Positions 25,685 through 36,751 of a DNA stretch of 64,000 nt are shown one piece after another; the stretch's first letter is position 1, and each line of letters starts with the position of its first letter. Both the position numbers and the translations under genes were made by a program. The DNA lies in NCBI GenBank assembly GCA_964016885.1, contig OZ024762.1:11966001-12030000 (forward strand), read 5' to 3'. Below the pieces are notes generated by a model, which was not told the origin of the DNA, did not search any database, and saw only the letters and a program-made list of their open reading frames with translations. This DNA is from Eledone cirrhosa (taxonomy: Eukaryota).

Positions 25685-25739
<55 letters not shown>

Positions 25740-25786
25740 AGGAGTTGTATTTATTTTGTTGGAATTCCGACAAACATAAATGTTTA

Positions 25787-25821
<35 letters not shown>

Positions 25822-26086
25822 CGGTGCCCCAGCATGGCATCAGCCGGATGGCTGAAACAGGTAAAAGAGTGTATATATATATATATATATATATATTACA
25901 GTGCCGGATTTAGGGCAAGTGAGGCCCTGTGCTAGTTAAGTTATGAGGCCCCTTACTTAGGCTCTGAAGGAGGTAAAAGAACTTTGAGGCAGGAAGATGC
26001 ACCACTGGCCCTGTGCTTAAGCACACCCACCTTAGCATAATGTAAACCCGGCACTGTGTGTGTGTATATATATATATATATGCACG

Positions 26087-26130
<44 letters not shown>

Positions 26131-26593
26131 TATGCACTAACCACAAACACTTCGTTAAAAGATTTTATTCACAGATGTAAAATAAATAACATTATAAATT
26201 CTTCACAATGAAAATATATAAACACATATAATAAATACAATTAACTATTGTGAGAAACTTCACAAATACAACTCAGCGAATTATTATGAACCGGGAAAGT
26301 GACTCTATGTGGTCGTTTGACCTGCTAGAAATAGCTGTGAGAGTCTCCCTCCAATCATACAACCGTTGTAAAAAGACGGGAAGCGCACATTAGACAGTGT
26401 AGTCCAAGATATACAGGCTGGATTGTTGTTGTTTGTGATCATATGTCTACTTGATCAGAGTTGACCTAGGGCTAAATACCACCACCATCTACAACAACAA
26501 CTTTTATATACATACCGACCTCCGCTCCTATTTTTTCTCTCTTGTTTACAGTGAATAACGACTACATAACTCAATCGTATTTTCTGTTACAAT

Positions 26594-26662
<69 letters not shown>

Positions 26663-26665
<3 letters not shown>

Positions 26666-26990
26666 TGGTCAGATTTTGGGGCTTGCAACCGGAAGGTTGT
26701 GAATTCGATTCTCGGACCGGGTGATGCGTTGTGTCCTTGAGCAAGACACTTTATTTCACGTTGCTCCAGTTTACTCAGCTGTAGAAATGAGTTGCGACAT
26801 CACTGGTGTCAAACTGTATCGGCCATTGCCTTTCCCTTGGACAACATCAGTGGCGTGGAGAGGGGAGACCGGTATGCATGGGTGACTGCTAGTCTTCCAC
26901 AAACAACCTTACTTGGACTTGTGTCCCGAAGGGGAACTTTGTAGGTGCAAATCCCATGGTCATTTTGACTAAAGGGGGTCTTTACCCTTC
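26663..26990 (+). mobile_element. tRNA-derived SINE, family 2 (CORE-like)
   Basis: A/B-box-like head TAGTGG...GAATTCGATTCTC and GTCCTTGAGCAAGACACTTTATTTCAC; other copies ~35920-36070 (-), ~37760-37980 (+), ~44260-44515 (-), ~62365-62512 (-). Confidence 0.75.
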
Positions 26991-27171
26991 ACCATATGCA
27001 CACACATCACATCTATCTCTAATAACACAGCCAACTGTCTACAGTAAACTAAATGTATGCACTCTGAACAGTTGATTGCAGCTGCATAATTGCAATTATC
27101 CAAATTCATTGAGTGATCTAGACGTTGGCCGAAGGACGCTGAAATGACTCAGCGATCTTCGTTACTTTTCT

Positions 27172-27234
<63 letters not shown>

Positions 27235-27974
27235 TAGAAACGTAACACACGAGTTGATATATATAAAAACAAATAGTAGAAAAGAAAAAGGGGTTTTTTT
27301 CCCGTAGAAAATGTTGAAGAGATATTTTTAGTGAAATTTGAAAGCATTAATTTACCGGTTTCAGCATTAGATGCATTATCAATTGCGAATTTGCAGAATA
27401 TTAAGTTGCATATTTTGTACAAGAGTGTGAACATCAAGTTTAATATAGAAATGGTTTCTACAGGACGAGAACTGTTTCATTCGAAATAAATCATCAGGGA
27501 TTTCTTTTGAATGAAACAGTTCTAGTCCTGTAGAAGCCATTTCTACATTAAACTTGATAGACAGGGTGTCCCCCAAAAATGTATACACGATAAAACCTTT
27601 AAAAAATGCATTAAAATAAATTCTGTTTTTTATACAAATTCTCGGCAGGATTTGAACTCTGAGCATATAGTCATGGCCCCTTTACGTTCTGAGTTCAAAT
27701 CCCGCCAAGGTTAGCTTTGTCTTTCATTCTTACTGGTACTTTATTTTATCGACCCCCATAAGGATGAAAGGCAAAGGTAACCTCAGCGGGATTTGAACTC
27801 ACAATGTTAAAGGGCCGTATCTTTATGCTACAAAGCATGTGTTCAGTCACTCTACCAATTCTGCCAAGTGATAATTTCTGTTTGAGATACAAGGTCAGTA
27901 ATTCTTGTGTCTGAGTAAAAAAAACAAACCAAATCAATAATATTTCAAAAAATCTTGTTTTGTTTTTCGTTTAG

Positions 27975-28062
27975 GACCTGCTGGGTGTCAGTATGATTCT
28001 TCCATTAATAGGGACCCATGTGAGAGATATGGGAGCTTCTTCAACAACTGTTGGAGTGCTAG
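27975..28062 (+). CDS. MFSD9: MFSD9-like, coding exon 2
   Basis: TTAG|DLLGVSMILPLIGTHVRDMGASSTTVGVL-G|GTAAGT; phase 0 to 1. Confidence 0.92.
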
Positions 28063-28724
28063 GTAAGTGGAACACTTTTCTTTGTGATTAAAAACTGCTC
28101 CCTCCACTCTGCCTTAAGTTAAGGGTTCTACTAGGTTTGAAATGCCCAGGACATGCTGTATGTCAGGACAGCATCCCTATGACTCCATCTTAAGTTAAGG
28201 GTTCCACCAAGTGTGAAATACCCAGGAGACCCTCCCTACAACTCCATCTTAAGTTAAGGGTTCCATCAAGTTTGAAATGACCAGGACATGCCGTATGTCA
28301 GGACAGCACCCCTACAAGTTCCATTAGGTATTAAGGACCCTTTCATCTCGTCTACATTCTTTGACATCATCCTTCTTATGTCTGCCTTTCCCTGTAGCCA
28401 GACACCTTTCCTGACACCGACATATACTTTATTTCATGAATGGTATACACCACTGTCAACTAGTATAACATACAATACTGTCAACACCACCACCATCACT
28501 ACCGACACCACCACCAACACCACTATCATCAACACCACCACCCCCACCAATACCATCACCAACAACTCCCAACCACCAATACCATCACCAACAACAACAC
28601 CACCAACACCACACCACCATCAACAACACCCCCACCACCAAACCCACCTCCACCACCACCATTTATTATATCTCTATAAATATTTAATCTATATCACTAT
28701 TTTAATTAAGTTGTTAATTTCCAG

Positions 28725-28768
28725 GATCTGTCTACGGAGCCTTACAACTGTTCTCAAGCCCAATTGTT
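28725..28768 (+). CDS. MFSD9: MFSD9-like, coding exon 3
   Basis: CCAG|(G)SVYGALQLFSSPIV|GTGAGT; phase 1 to 0. Confidence 0.92.
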
Positions 28769-29361
28769 GTGAGTAATTAATTAAAATTAATTAAAATTAA
28801 TTAAAAAATGTTTTTATTTGTTTCAAAGAGAATATCTTTTTTTTGTTGTTGCTTATTTTATTGTACTTGTCTATTGTACCTCTGTCTTCTTCAACTAGGT
28901 GGAGCTGTCCCTTCCTCAGTCTCCAGCCCTATACATAGCTTTGTATATCTGCTGCCTACTAGGTCTACCTGACCCTTCCTAAGTTTCCATTCTATTGATA
29001 GCTTTATCCATCTACTGTCATTTGTACACACTACATGCCCTGACTCCCTTGAATTATCAATCTTACATCTCCCTATTGTGCTTGACTATGTAAACCTGTC
29101 CCTGCCAAAGTCTCCAGCTCTGTACCTAGCTTTGTCAGTTTGTTGTCATTTGTCATATACCCTGTCCACTTCCGTTTTCTCTTCTTATCTCTCATTTTGT
29201 TGTCTGTCTACTTCGACTATGTAAACCTATCTCTGCCAAAGTCCCCACTCTGTAGATAGCTATGTCTATCTCTTGTCATTTATACACACCTGATTCCCTG
29301 ACCCACTTCATTATCAATCTCATATCTCCATTTTGTCCTGTCATCTTCAACTATAGAAACC

Positions 29362-29760
29362 TGAGAAGAAACATGGACACTTTCATTCAAACAACGAAAG
29401 CACCTGGATGGCTTTTACACTCGCTAGCTTCAATGCATTCAGAACATAAGCTGGTGACATCTGCCTTTGAGAGAGATATATGCCGACCTCCCACGCATAT
29501 CTGTCGTTGTATGTAAAAGAAGAGTAAGATTTGCTGGCCTCTGCCATCGTGCCACCTACGAGGCTGTGTCCCCATAAGTGCTTTGGAAACCCCAAGCAGT
29601 CACTAATAACAGAGGGCGCAAGCTCTCCTATCTTGATGTAATCTCCAGAGATTCCGGTATTGAAATCCAGGACTTGGCAGCGGCAATGAACGACAGACCC
29701 ACGTGGAGATCAATTGTTGAGTCCATTTCGGCTGAGACCTCTGGATGATGATGATGATGA
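29362..29760 (+). mobile_element. Degenerate RTE-like LINE 3' end with (GAT)n tail
   Basis: Remnant peptide ETWTL..KHLDGFYTR..QNISW..LPRISVVVCKRRVRFAGLCHR..LWKP..RGRK..AMNDRPTWR with stops/frameshifts. Confidence 0.7.
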
Positions 29761-30373
29761 TATAAACCTGTCTCTGCCTAAATTTCCGTCCTCTACATAG
29801 CTTTGTCTATATGTTGTCACTTGTTTATGCCACATGCTCTGACACCCTTCAATTACCAGTCCCATATCTCTATTTAATCCCCTGTCCTCCTTGACTAGGT
29901 CTACCTGTCCGTGCTTGTCTACAGCCCTGACCTAGTTTTTGTCTATCTGCTGTCATTTGTCATATGTTCTGTCAACTTCTGTTTTCTCTTCTCATCTCTC
30001 CGTTTTATCCTCTGTCTTCCTCGATTAAGTGTATGTGTCCCTCCCTCAATCTCCACCCTAAACATAACTTTGTCTATCTGTTGTCATTTGTACACACCAC
30101 ATGCCCTAACTCCCTTCCTTTATCAAACTCATGTCTCCATTTTGTCTCCTCTCCTCCTCAACTAAATGTACCTATCCCTTTCTAAGTCTCCAGCCCTATA
30201 CATAACTTTGTCTACCTATTGTCATTTATACACGCCACACTCCCTGACCCCCTTCAATTATCAATCCTGTCTCCCAATTTTGTGCCCTGTCCCCTTAACT
30301 TGATAACCTGTCTTCCTCCTTGTATGACATTCTATAACATATTGAAGAGTGAATCAATATTATATCATTTCAG

Positions 30374-30503
30374 GGTAAATGGAGTGATGTTACAGGCAGA
30401 AGACTTTCTCTGATTATCTGTATGTCATTTACAGCATTTGGATACAGTTTAATTGGTTTCGCTTCCTCAATTGCTTTCATAGCTGTGGCTCGAGTTATCT
30501 TAG
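30374..30503 (+). CDS. MFSD9: MFSD9-like, coding exon 4
   Basis: TTCAG|GKWSDVTGRRLSLIICMSFTAFGYSLIGFASSIAFIAVARVIL-G|GTAAGT; contains MFS motif A (GxxSDxxGRR). Confidence 0.95.
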
Positions 30504-30595
30504 GTAAGTATTTCAACAAATATTTGTGAAATTGAAGTAAGCATCAATGTTGTTTGACTGTGAAATATAGTCGTATAAGTTGGGTAATGCATTAA

Positions 30596-30799
30596 CCCTT
30601 TAGCATTTAAACTGGCCATATTCGGCCAGAATACTCTCACCTCTTTCTGTTCAAACCGGCCACTCATGCAGATGTTAAGGTATTGTTCTCAAAATAAATA
30701 TCAAAATCTCGTAGGTTTGATATTATGTGAGATATGTGAGGTAAAGCCTTTACTGTGAAAATACAATAGTATATATAGAGTAATGTAAATGCTAAAGGG
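30596..30799 (+). mobile_element. piggyBac-type MITE filling most of MFSD9 intron 4
   Basis: TTAA|CCCTTTAGCATTTA ... TAAATGCTAAAGGG|TTAA; related copies ~4927-5105, 42259-43416, ~62850-62980. Confidence 0.8.
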
Positions 30800-30833
30800 T
30801 TAAGAAACTAAACATTTTTTTCTTTCCTTTTAG

Positions 30834-31043
30834 GAATATTTAAACACAGTCTAAACATTAGCAAGTCTTTCATAGCTGATACTGTGCCACCATCAGAACA
30901 GTCATCAGTTCTAGGAGCTTATAATTCCTTCTCCAGTATTGGTTTCATTGTTGGTCCAACATTAGGAGGTCACATAGCCGAACGTCCAGGAGGTTTTTTC
31001 CTTATGGCTAACCTAGCAGGTTTCATCTTCATCCTGAATGCCT
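30834..31043 (+). CDS. MFSD9: MFSD9-like, coding exon 5
   Basis: TTTAG|(G)IFKHSLNISKSFIADTVPPSEQSSVLGAYNSFSSIGFIVGPTLGGHIAERPGGFFLMANLAGFIFILNA|GTAAGT; GIFKH is an MFSD9-type motif. Confidence 0.95.
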
Positions 31044-31157
31044 GTAAGTAATTCAATTTTTCTTCTTTCATTGTAACAGGCTGATGCCATAGACATTCCA
31101 CAGTTCATTAATTAGAAACAACCACCACATATTATAGATTAATATGGCATTTTAAGT

Positions 31158-31194
<37 letters not shown>

Positions 31195-31338
31195 AAAAAG
31201 TATGACCCCGACGGCAGAGCTCAAGCCACTTCGACGGGTATTTCTGCCGTCGGGGTCATACTTTTTCCTATTTCCCACTCTACTACCCTAAGTATTGAAT
31301 ACTCTGGTGCATTATAGTCCTTACCACAATTCCTTTGT

Positions 31339-31370
<32 letters not shown>

Positions 31371-31552
31371 GGATAACAAAATATCGTTATAGGTAATCCA
31401 ATTAGAGGTTGTGAATACTTTCGTATTTAAAATTGAGTGGCACTGTTTTTAGTGTTCAGCAATTTTTAGACAACTCTATCAGTGAAACAATTGTTAGACT
31501 GCAAATAAATCCCCTTTTTTGTACTGTTGACCATATTATTCTCCACTTTTTC

Positions 31553-31601
<49 letters not shown>

Positions 31602-31864
31602 CAAATGAATGAATGAAGGAATTACAAGCTGTTAAAACAAGTTCTTTATAAAGAACTTGTTTTAACAGCTTGTAACTCCTTCTTTCAATTATTTGCTTAT
31701 TCCTGCTCTGCTTCAACAATCTACTAAATATTAAATCTCCTCTAATATTTAACTCTGCTAACACAAGCATTGAGCACACTCCACTTCGGTTATTGGCATT
31801 TAGTAATCTGTATCACACGTCTCTGTATCTCTCTATTTCCTCCTCTCCTACGATACTTATACCC

Positions 31865-31901
<37 letters not shown>

Positions 31902-32134
31902 TAACAGATTAAAGTTTAAGTAAAGAATCGCTGCTTTCGCCCTTAACGGGATCTTCGGAAGTCCCCTCCTCCTTATTGGGGAATTTTTCCTAGTTTCTTT
32001 TTTTGTTACATCCTTTGTTTCTGTTTTTTTACACGCAGAAATGCCCATTTGTATCGTCCTGTGCTGTCCTTAATGTCTACTTTATGTCAACCCTTGTGGT
32101 TAATAAAGAAAGCGTTATTACTTTTATTATTATG

Positions 32135-32297
32135 GGCTGAGTTCAAATCCCGTCGAGGTTAACTTTGCCTTTCGTCCTTACGGGGGTCGATAAAATAAAG
32201 TACCAGTCATGCACTAGGGTCGATTTAATCGACTTTCCCCTCCTCCAAAATTACTGGCCTTGTGCCTATATAAGAAACCATTATTATTATTATTATT
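32135..32297 (+). mobile_element. SINE family 1 ending in an (ATT)n tail at the exon 6 acceptor
   Basis: CTGAGTTCAAATCCC...GCCTTTCGTCCTTACGGGGGTCGATAAAATAAAGTACCAG...GAAACCATTATTATT. Confidence 0.8.
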
Positions 32298-32301
32298 GCA
32301 G

Positions 32302-32687
32302 TGATAGTTTGGCTGCTGCTTCCGGCCGCTCGTAAACCAACCACCGCCACTTTACAGAGGTTAGATTCAGTGTTAAGTACCAGAAAATTAATATCAGATG
32401 AAATCAACTTCAACCCTAAGAGGTTCTTCCAATCTATGAAGAAGATAGAATGGAATCAACTATGGGACATGTTTGCCATCCGATTCCTGCTTGGTTTCTC
32501 CATCATTGTCTTCCGAAGTAATCTAAACATCATGCTCCAGTCTCGTTTCAATATTTCACCACGACACAATGGTTACTTAACCTCATACAGTGGCATTGTC
32601 TCCACGGTGGCTGGCTTTCTAGTCGGAGGTCTCACTAAACTCTACAAAAATGAACCCAAGCTCTTTCTTTCCATGTCTGTGTTTCAG
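32302..32687 (+). CDS. MFSD9: MFSD9-like, coding exon 6
   Basis: GCAG|(L)IVWLLLP...WDMFAIRFLLGFSIIVFRSNL...SVFQ|GTAAGA; phase 1 to 0. Confidence 0.93.
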
Positions 32688-33404
32688 GTAAGACCTTTTG
32701 ATTCTTTTACATGACAAAAAAAACACCCAGTCCACCCTTTATGGTGGTGGTGGTGGTGTTGGGAACATGACAAAAACCACCTAGTTAACCCTGTAAGATG
32801 GTTGCACTGGTGACATGAAAAAAAAAAGCACCCAGTCCACCCTGTAATGACCGTGTTAATGATACATGACAAAAAACATACCCACCCAATCTACCCTGTA
32901 AGGTGGTCATGCTGGTGACACAAAATAGAACCAGTTAACCCTGTAAGATGGTGGTTGTGCTAGTGACACAACAAAAACAATACCCAGTCCACCCTGTAAT
33001 GGTGGTGGTGGTGGTGGTGGTGGTGGGAACATCACAAAAACCACCTAGTTAACCCTGTAAGATGGTTGTACTGGTGACATGAAAAAAAAAGCACCCAGTC
33101 CGCCCTGTAATGGTGGTTGAGCTAATGATACATAACAAAAAAAAACCCACCCAATCCATGCTGTAAGGTGATCATGTTGGTGACAACGAAAAGCACCTGG
33201 TCCACACTGTAACATGATTGGCGTTAGGAAGGAAGGAAGGGTGTGTGTGTGTGCGCGTATATCTATATATATATATTTGACGCTGAAGCTCACAGTGGAG
33301 ATGACGAAGGACCGTGACAAGTGGAGAGATGCTGTACTGAATAAGACCCGTCCCACCCTTGCAAGCAGGGAAAAGCGGACATAAAATGATGATGATGATT
33401 ATAT

Positions 33405-34518
33405 ATATATGTGTGAATCTATCTTTATATATATGTGTGTGTGTGTGTATCTATCTTTATATGTGTGTGTGTGTCTATCTTTATATATGTGTGTGTGTGT
33501 GTCTATCTTTATATATGTGTGTGTATGTATCTATCTTTATATATGTGTGTGTGTATCTATCTTTATATATATGTGTGTATCTATCTTTATATATATGTGT
33601 ATCTATCTTTATATGTGTGTGTATCTATCTTTATATATATATGTGTGTATCTATCTTTATATATGTGTGTGTGTATCTATCTTTATATATATGTGTGTGT
33701 GTATCTATCTTTATATATATGTGTGTGTGTATCTATCTTTATATATATGTGTGTGTGTATCTATCTTTATATATATGTGTGTGTGTATCTATCTTTATAT
33801 ATGTGTGTGTATCTATCTTTATATATATGTGTGTGTATCTATCTTTATATATATGTGTGTCTATCTATCTTTATATATATGTGTGTCTATCTATCTTTAT
33901 ATATATGTGTGTGTATCTATCTTTATATATATGTGTGTGTATCTATCTTTATATATATATGTGTGTGTATCTATCTTTATATATGTGTGTGTGTATCTAT
34001 CTTTATATATGTGTGTGTGTATCTATCTTTATATATGTGTGTGTGTATCTATCTTTATATATATATGTGTGTATCTATCTTTATATATATATGTGTGTGT
34101 ATCTATCTTTATATATATATGTGTGTGTATCTATCTTTATATATATATATGTGTGTATCTATCTTTATATATATATATGTGTGTATCTATCTTTATATAT
34201 ATATATATGTGTGTATCTATCTTTATATATATATATATGTGTGTATCTATCTTTATATATATATATATGTGTGTATCTATCTTTATATATATATATATGT
34301 GTGTATCTATCTTTATATATATATATATGTGTGTATCTATCTTTATATATATATATATGTGTGTATCTATCTTTATATATATATATATGTGTGTATCTAT
34401 CTTTATATATATATATATGTGTGTATCTATCTTTATATATATGTGTGTGTATCTATCTTTATATATATGTGTGTGTATCTATCTTTATATATGTGTGTGT
34501 GTGTGTATCTATCTTTAT
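33405..34518. repeat. Compound microsatellite/minisatellite (ATCTATCTTT(AT)n(GT)n)
   Basis: Directly visible; source of spurious 360-412-aa ORFs. Confidence 0.95.
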
Positions 34519-34767
34519 GATGAGGGTTGCACATTTTTTTTCGGGGGTATGTGTTACCCATATAAACTGTCTCCCTCTATTGGGGAAAATCGACTAACTT
34601 TTAAATTCCATTTGTGATAACATTTTACACGTTTTTATTGTATGTAAACTTCCCCCTTTGTATTTGTCCCCTTCTTTTGTGCCCCTGTGGCTAATAAAGA
34701 AATATATCTTTATATATGTGTGTGTGTGTGTATATTTAAATACATTATTTTCTATTTTCTATTTCAG

Positions 34768-35103
34768 ATAGTTATCCTATTCATGCTGGGCATAAGCCAG
34801 TCATTTGTGGCCTTCGTCATCTTCTTCGGTGCTCTCAGTCTGGCCACATCAGTTATGAGAGTCGTTGGAACAAGACTAATGTTACTTCGAGGAGCACAGC
34901 AGGGTTCCGGTACGCTACTGGGCCTCAGTCAAAGTTTCATGTCTATAGCACGCATGATCTCACCTTTCATTTCCGGCATTCTCATGGAAATCAACGTGTC
35001 CATTCCAGCCTTCCTCGGAGCTGCTGCCACCTTAATTGCGTCGGTCCTTATTTTTTTATACCCTCAAGACAAACGGCCGGGCTCAAAGGTGAAAAAGTCT
35101 TGA
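34768..35103 (+). CDS. MFSD9: MFSD9-like, final coding exon 7 (total CDS 1272 nt, 423 aa)
   Basis: TTTCAG|IVILFMLG...GTLLGLSQSFMSIARMISPFISG...KVKKS-TGA; hydrophobic MFS C-terminal helices. Confidence 0.93.
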   Translation: MVILFMLGISQSFVAFVIFFGALSLATSVMRVVGTRLMLLRGAQQGSGTLLGLSQSFMSIARMISPFISGILMEINVSIPAFLGAAATLIASVLIFLYPQDKRPGSKVKKS

Positions 35104-35222
35104 GGAAGATAATATAAGAAGTCAGAGTAATACCCCTGAAATCTATTTTTTGCTCAATTTTTGGAGCCATCATTGTGTGTGTGTGTGTGTGTGTGTATGT
35201 ATATATATATATATTTATTTAA

Positions 35223-35253
<31 letters not shown>

Positions 35254-35301
35254 TTTATATATATATGTGTGTGTATATATATATATACACACGTGTGTGT
35301 C

Positions 35302-35334
<33 letters not shown>

Positions 35335-35395
35335 TTATTTAATGTGTGTGTGTCTGTATATATATATATATATATATTATATATATGTGTGTGTC

Positions 35396-35449
<54 letters not shown>

Positions 35450-35519
35450 ATGTGCGTGTGTGTGTATATATATATATTTTATATATATGTGTGTGTATAT
35501 ATATACACTTGTGTGTGTC

Positions 35520-35564
<45 letters not shown>

Positions 35565-35597
35565 TTAATGTGCGTGTGTGTGTATATATATATATTT

Positions 35598-35631
<34 letters not shown>

Positions 35632-35663
35632 GATATATATATATATACACACTTGTGTGTGTA

Positions 35664-35712
<49 letters not shown>

Positions 35713-36709
35713 TTGTGTGTCATCATCATCATCCTCATTTCATTTTACGTCCGCTTTTTCCTTGCTTGCAAGGGTGGGACGGGAACTGATGCTGGCTTGA
35801 TTTCTACAGCTGGATGCCCTTCCTAACACCAACCTCATTTACAGTGAGTGCTGGGTGCTTTTTTGCCGTGGCACCTCCACGACCACTTTGCAGTGGTATG
35901 ATATGGACCCCAGTCCCTATCATCTCATTTCTACAGCTGAGTAAACTGGAGCAATGTGAAATAAAGTGTCTTGCTCAAGGAAACAACACATCACCCAGTC
36001 TGAGAATTGAACTCACAACCTTTCGATTGCGAGGGCAATGCTCTAACCACTAAGCCATGTGCCTCCATGTGTGTGTATATAAAAAAAAGTTATCATTTAG
36101 TAAGATACCAGTTTATAGAAGTAAATGTATCTACTAGTAACTGAAGGAAAAGGGAAAATATTACTCGCTACATATATTAGTTTTCAGTTTGGTTCAATCT
36201 TCATAATATTGAGGAGAGGAACAATTCCAATGTAGGAACTATGTAGATATTATAGTGTCATTTTAACAATTGTTTCTACTTTTGGCACAAGGCCACAAAT
36301 ACCCAGTTCATTACTGGTTACTTTATTTTATCAACCTATAGTGTCATTTTAATAATGTTAATGAGATATTTTTTTTAAAAACTATTAACATCCTTCTTTA
36401 TTAGAAAAATTATTATAACGATATAATTGGAATAATTCTTTAAATATTCTGCCTATTTAGAACCCCAGTCTTCCTGAGAAATAGCTGAAAATGAGTACCA
36501 GCAATAGCTGGGGGGTTAACACTGTGATGGACTAGCATCCTATCCGGGTGGAGTCTTGTACTCTCACTCACTTCAGTCACTTAAACTGGGATAAATACTG
36601 ACCTAATGAGCCCCCGGGCTTTAGACAGACTTTAACTAACTTCTTCTCCATCACCACACCACCCTTCTAAAAATATAAGTAAAAGGAAACATTTCAACAT
36701 TTTAGTCAG

Positions 36710-36751
36710 AAGCCTCTGACAAAGGGCAACAATACCCGAAATATTAGGCTT
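36710..36751 (+). ncRNA. Decayed minimal hammerhead motif
   Basis: AAGCCT-CTGACAA-AGGGCAACAATACCC-GAAA-TATT-AGGCTT; reverting CpG-type transitions gives CTGACGA...GAAACGTT. Confidence 0.4.

Noticed and set aside
26663-26725. tRNA-like A/B boxes
   Set aside because: These are SINE heads, not complete cloverleaf tRNAs
31400-31490. Minus-strand CTGATAGA...GAAA with a long stem
   Set aside because: Non-canonical core; no stem I/III could be drawn
33359-34617. 360-412-aa YICVC-type ORFs, and similar ORFs at 3.3-4.3, 12.6-13.5, 17.2-18.2 and 56-57 kb
   Set aside because: Translations of dinucleotide microsatellites
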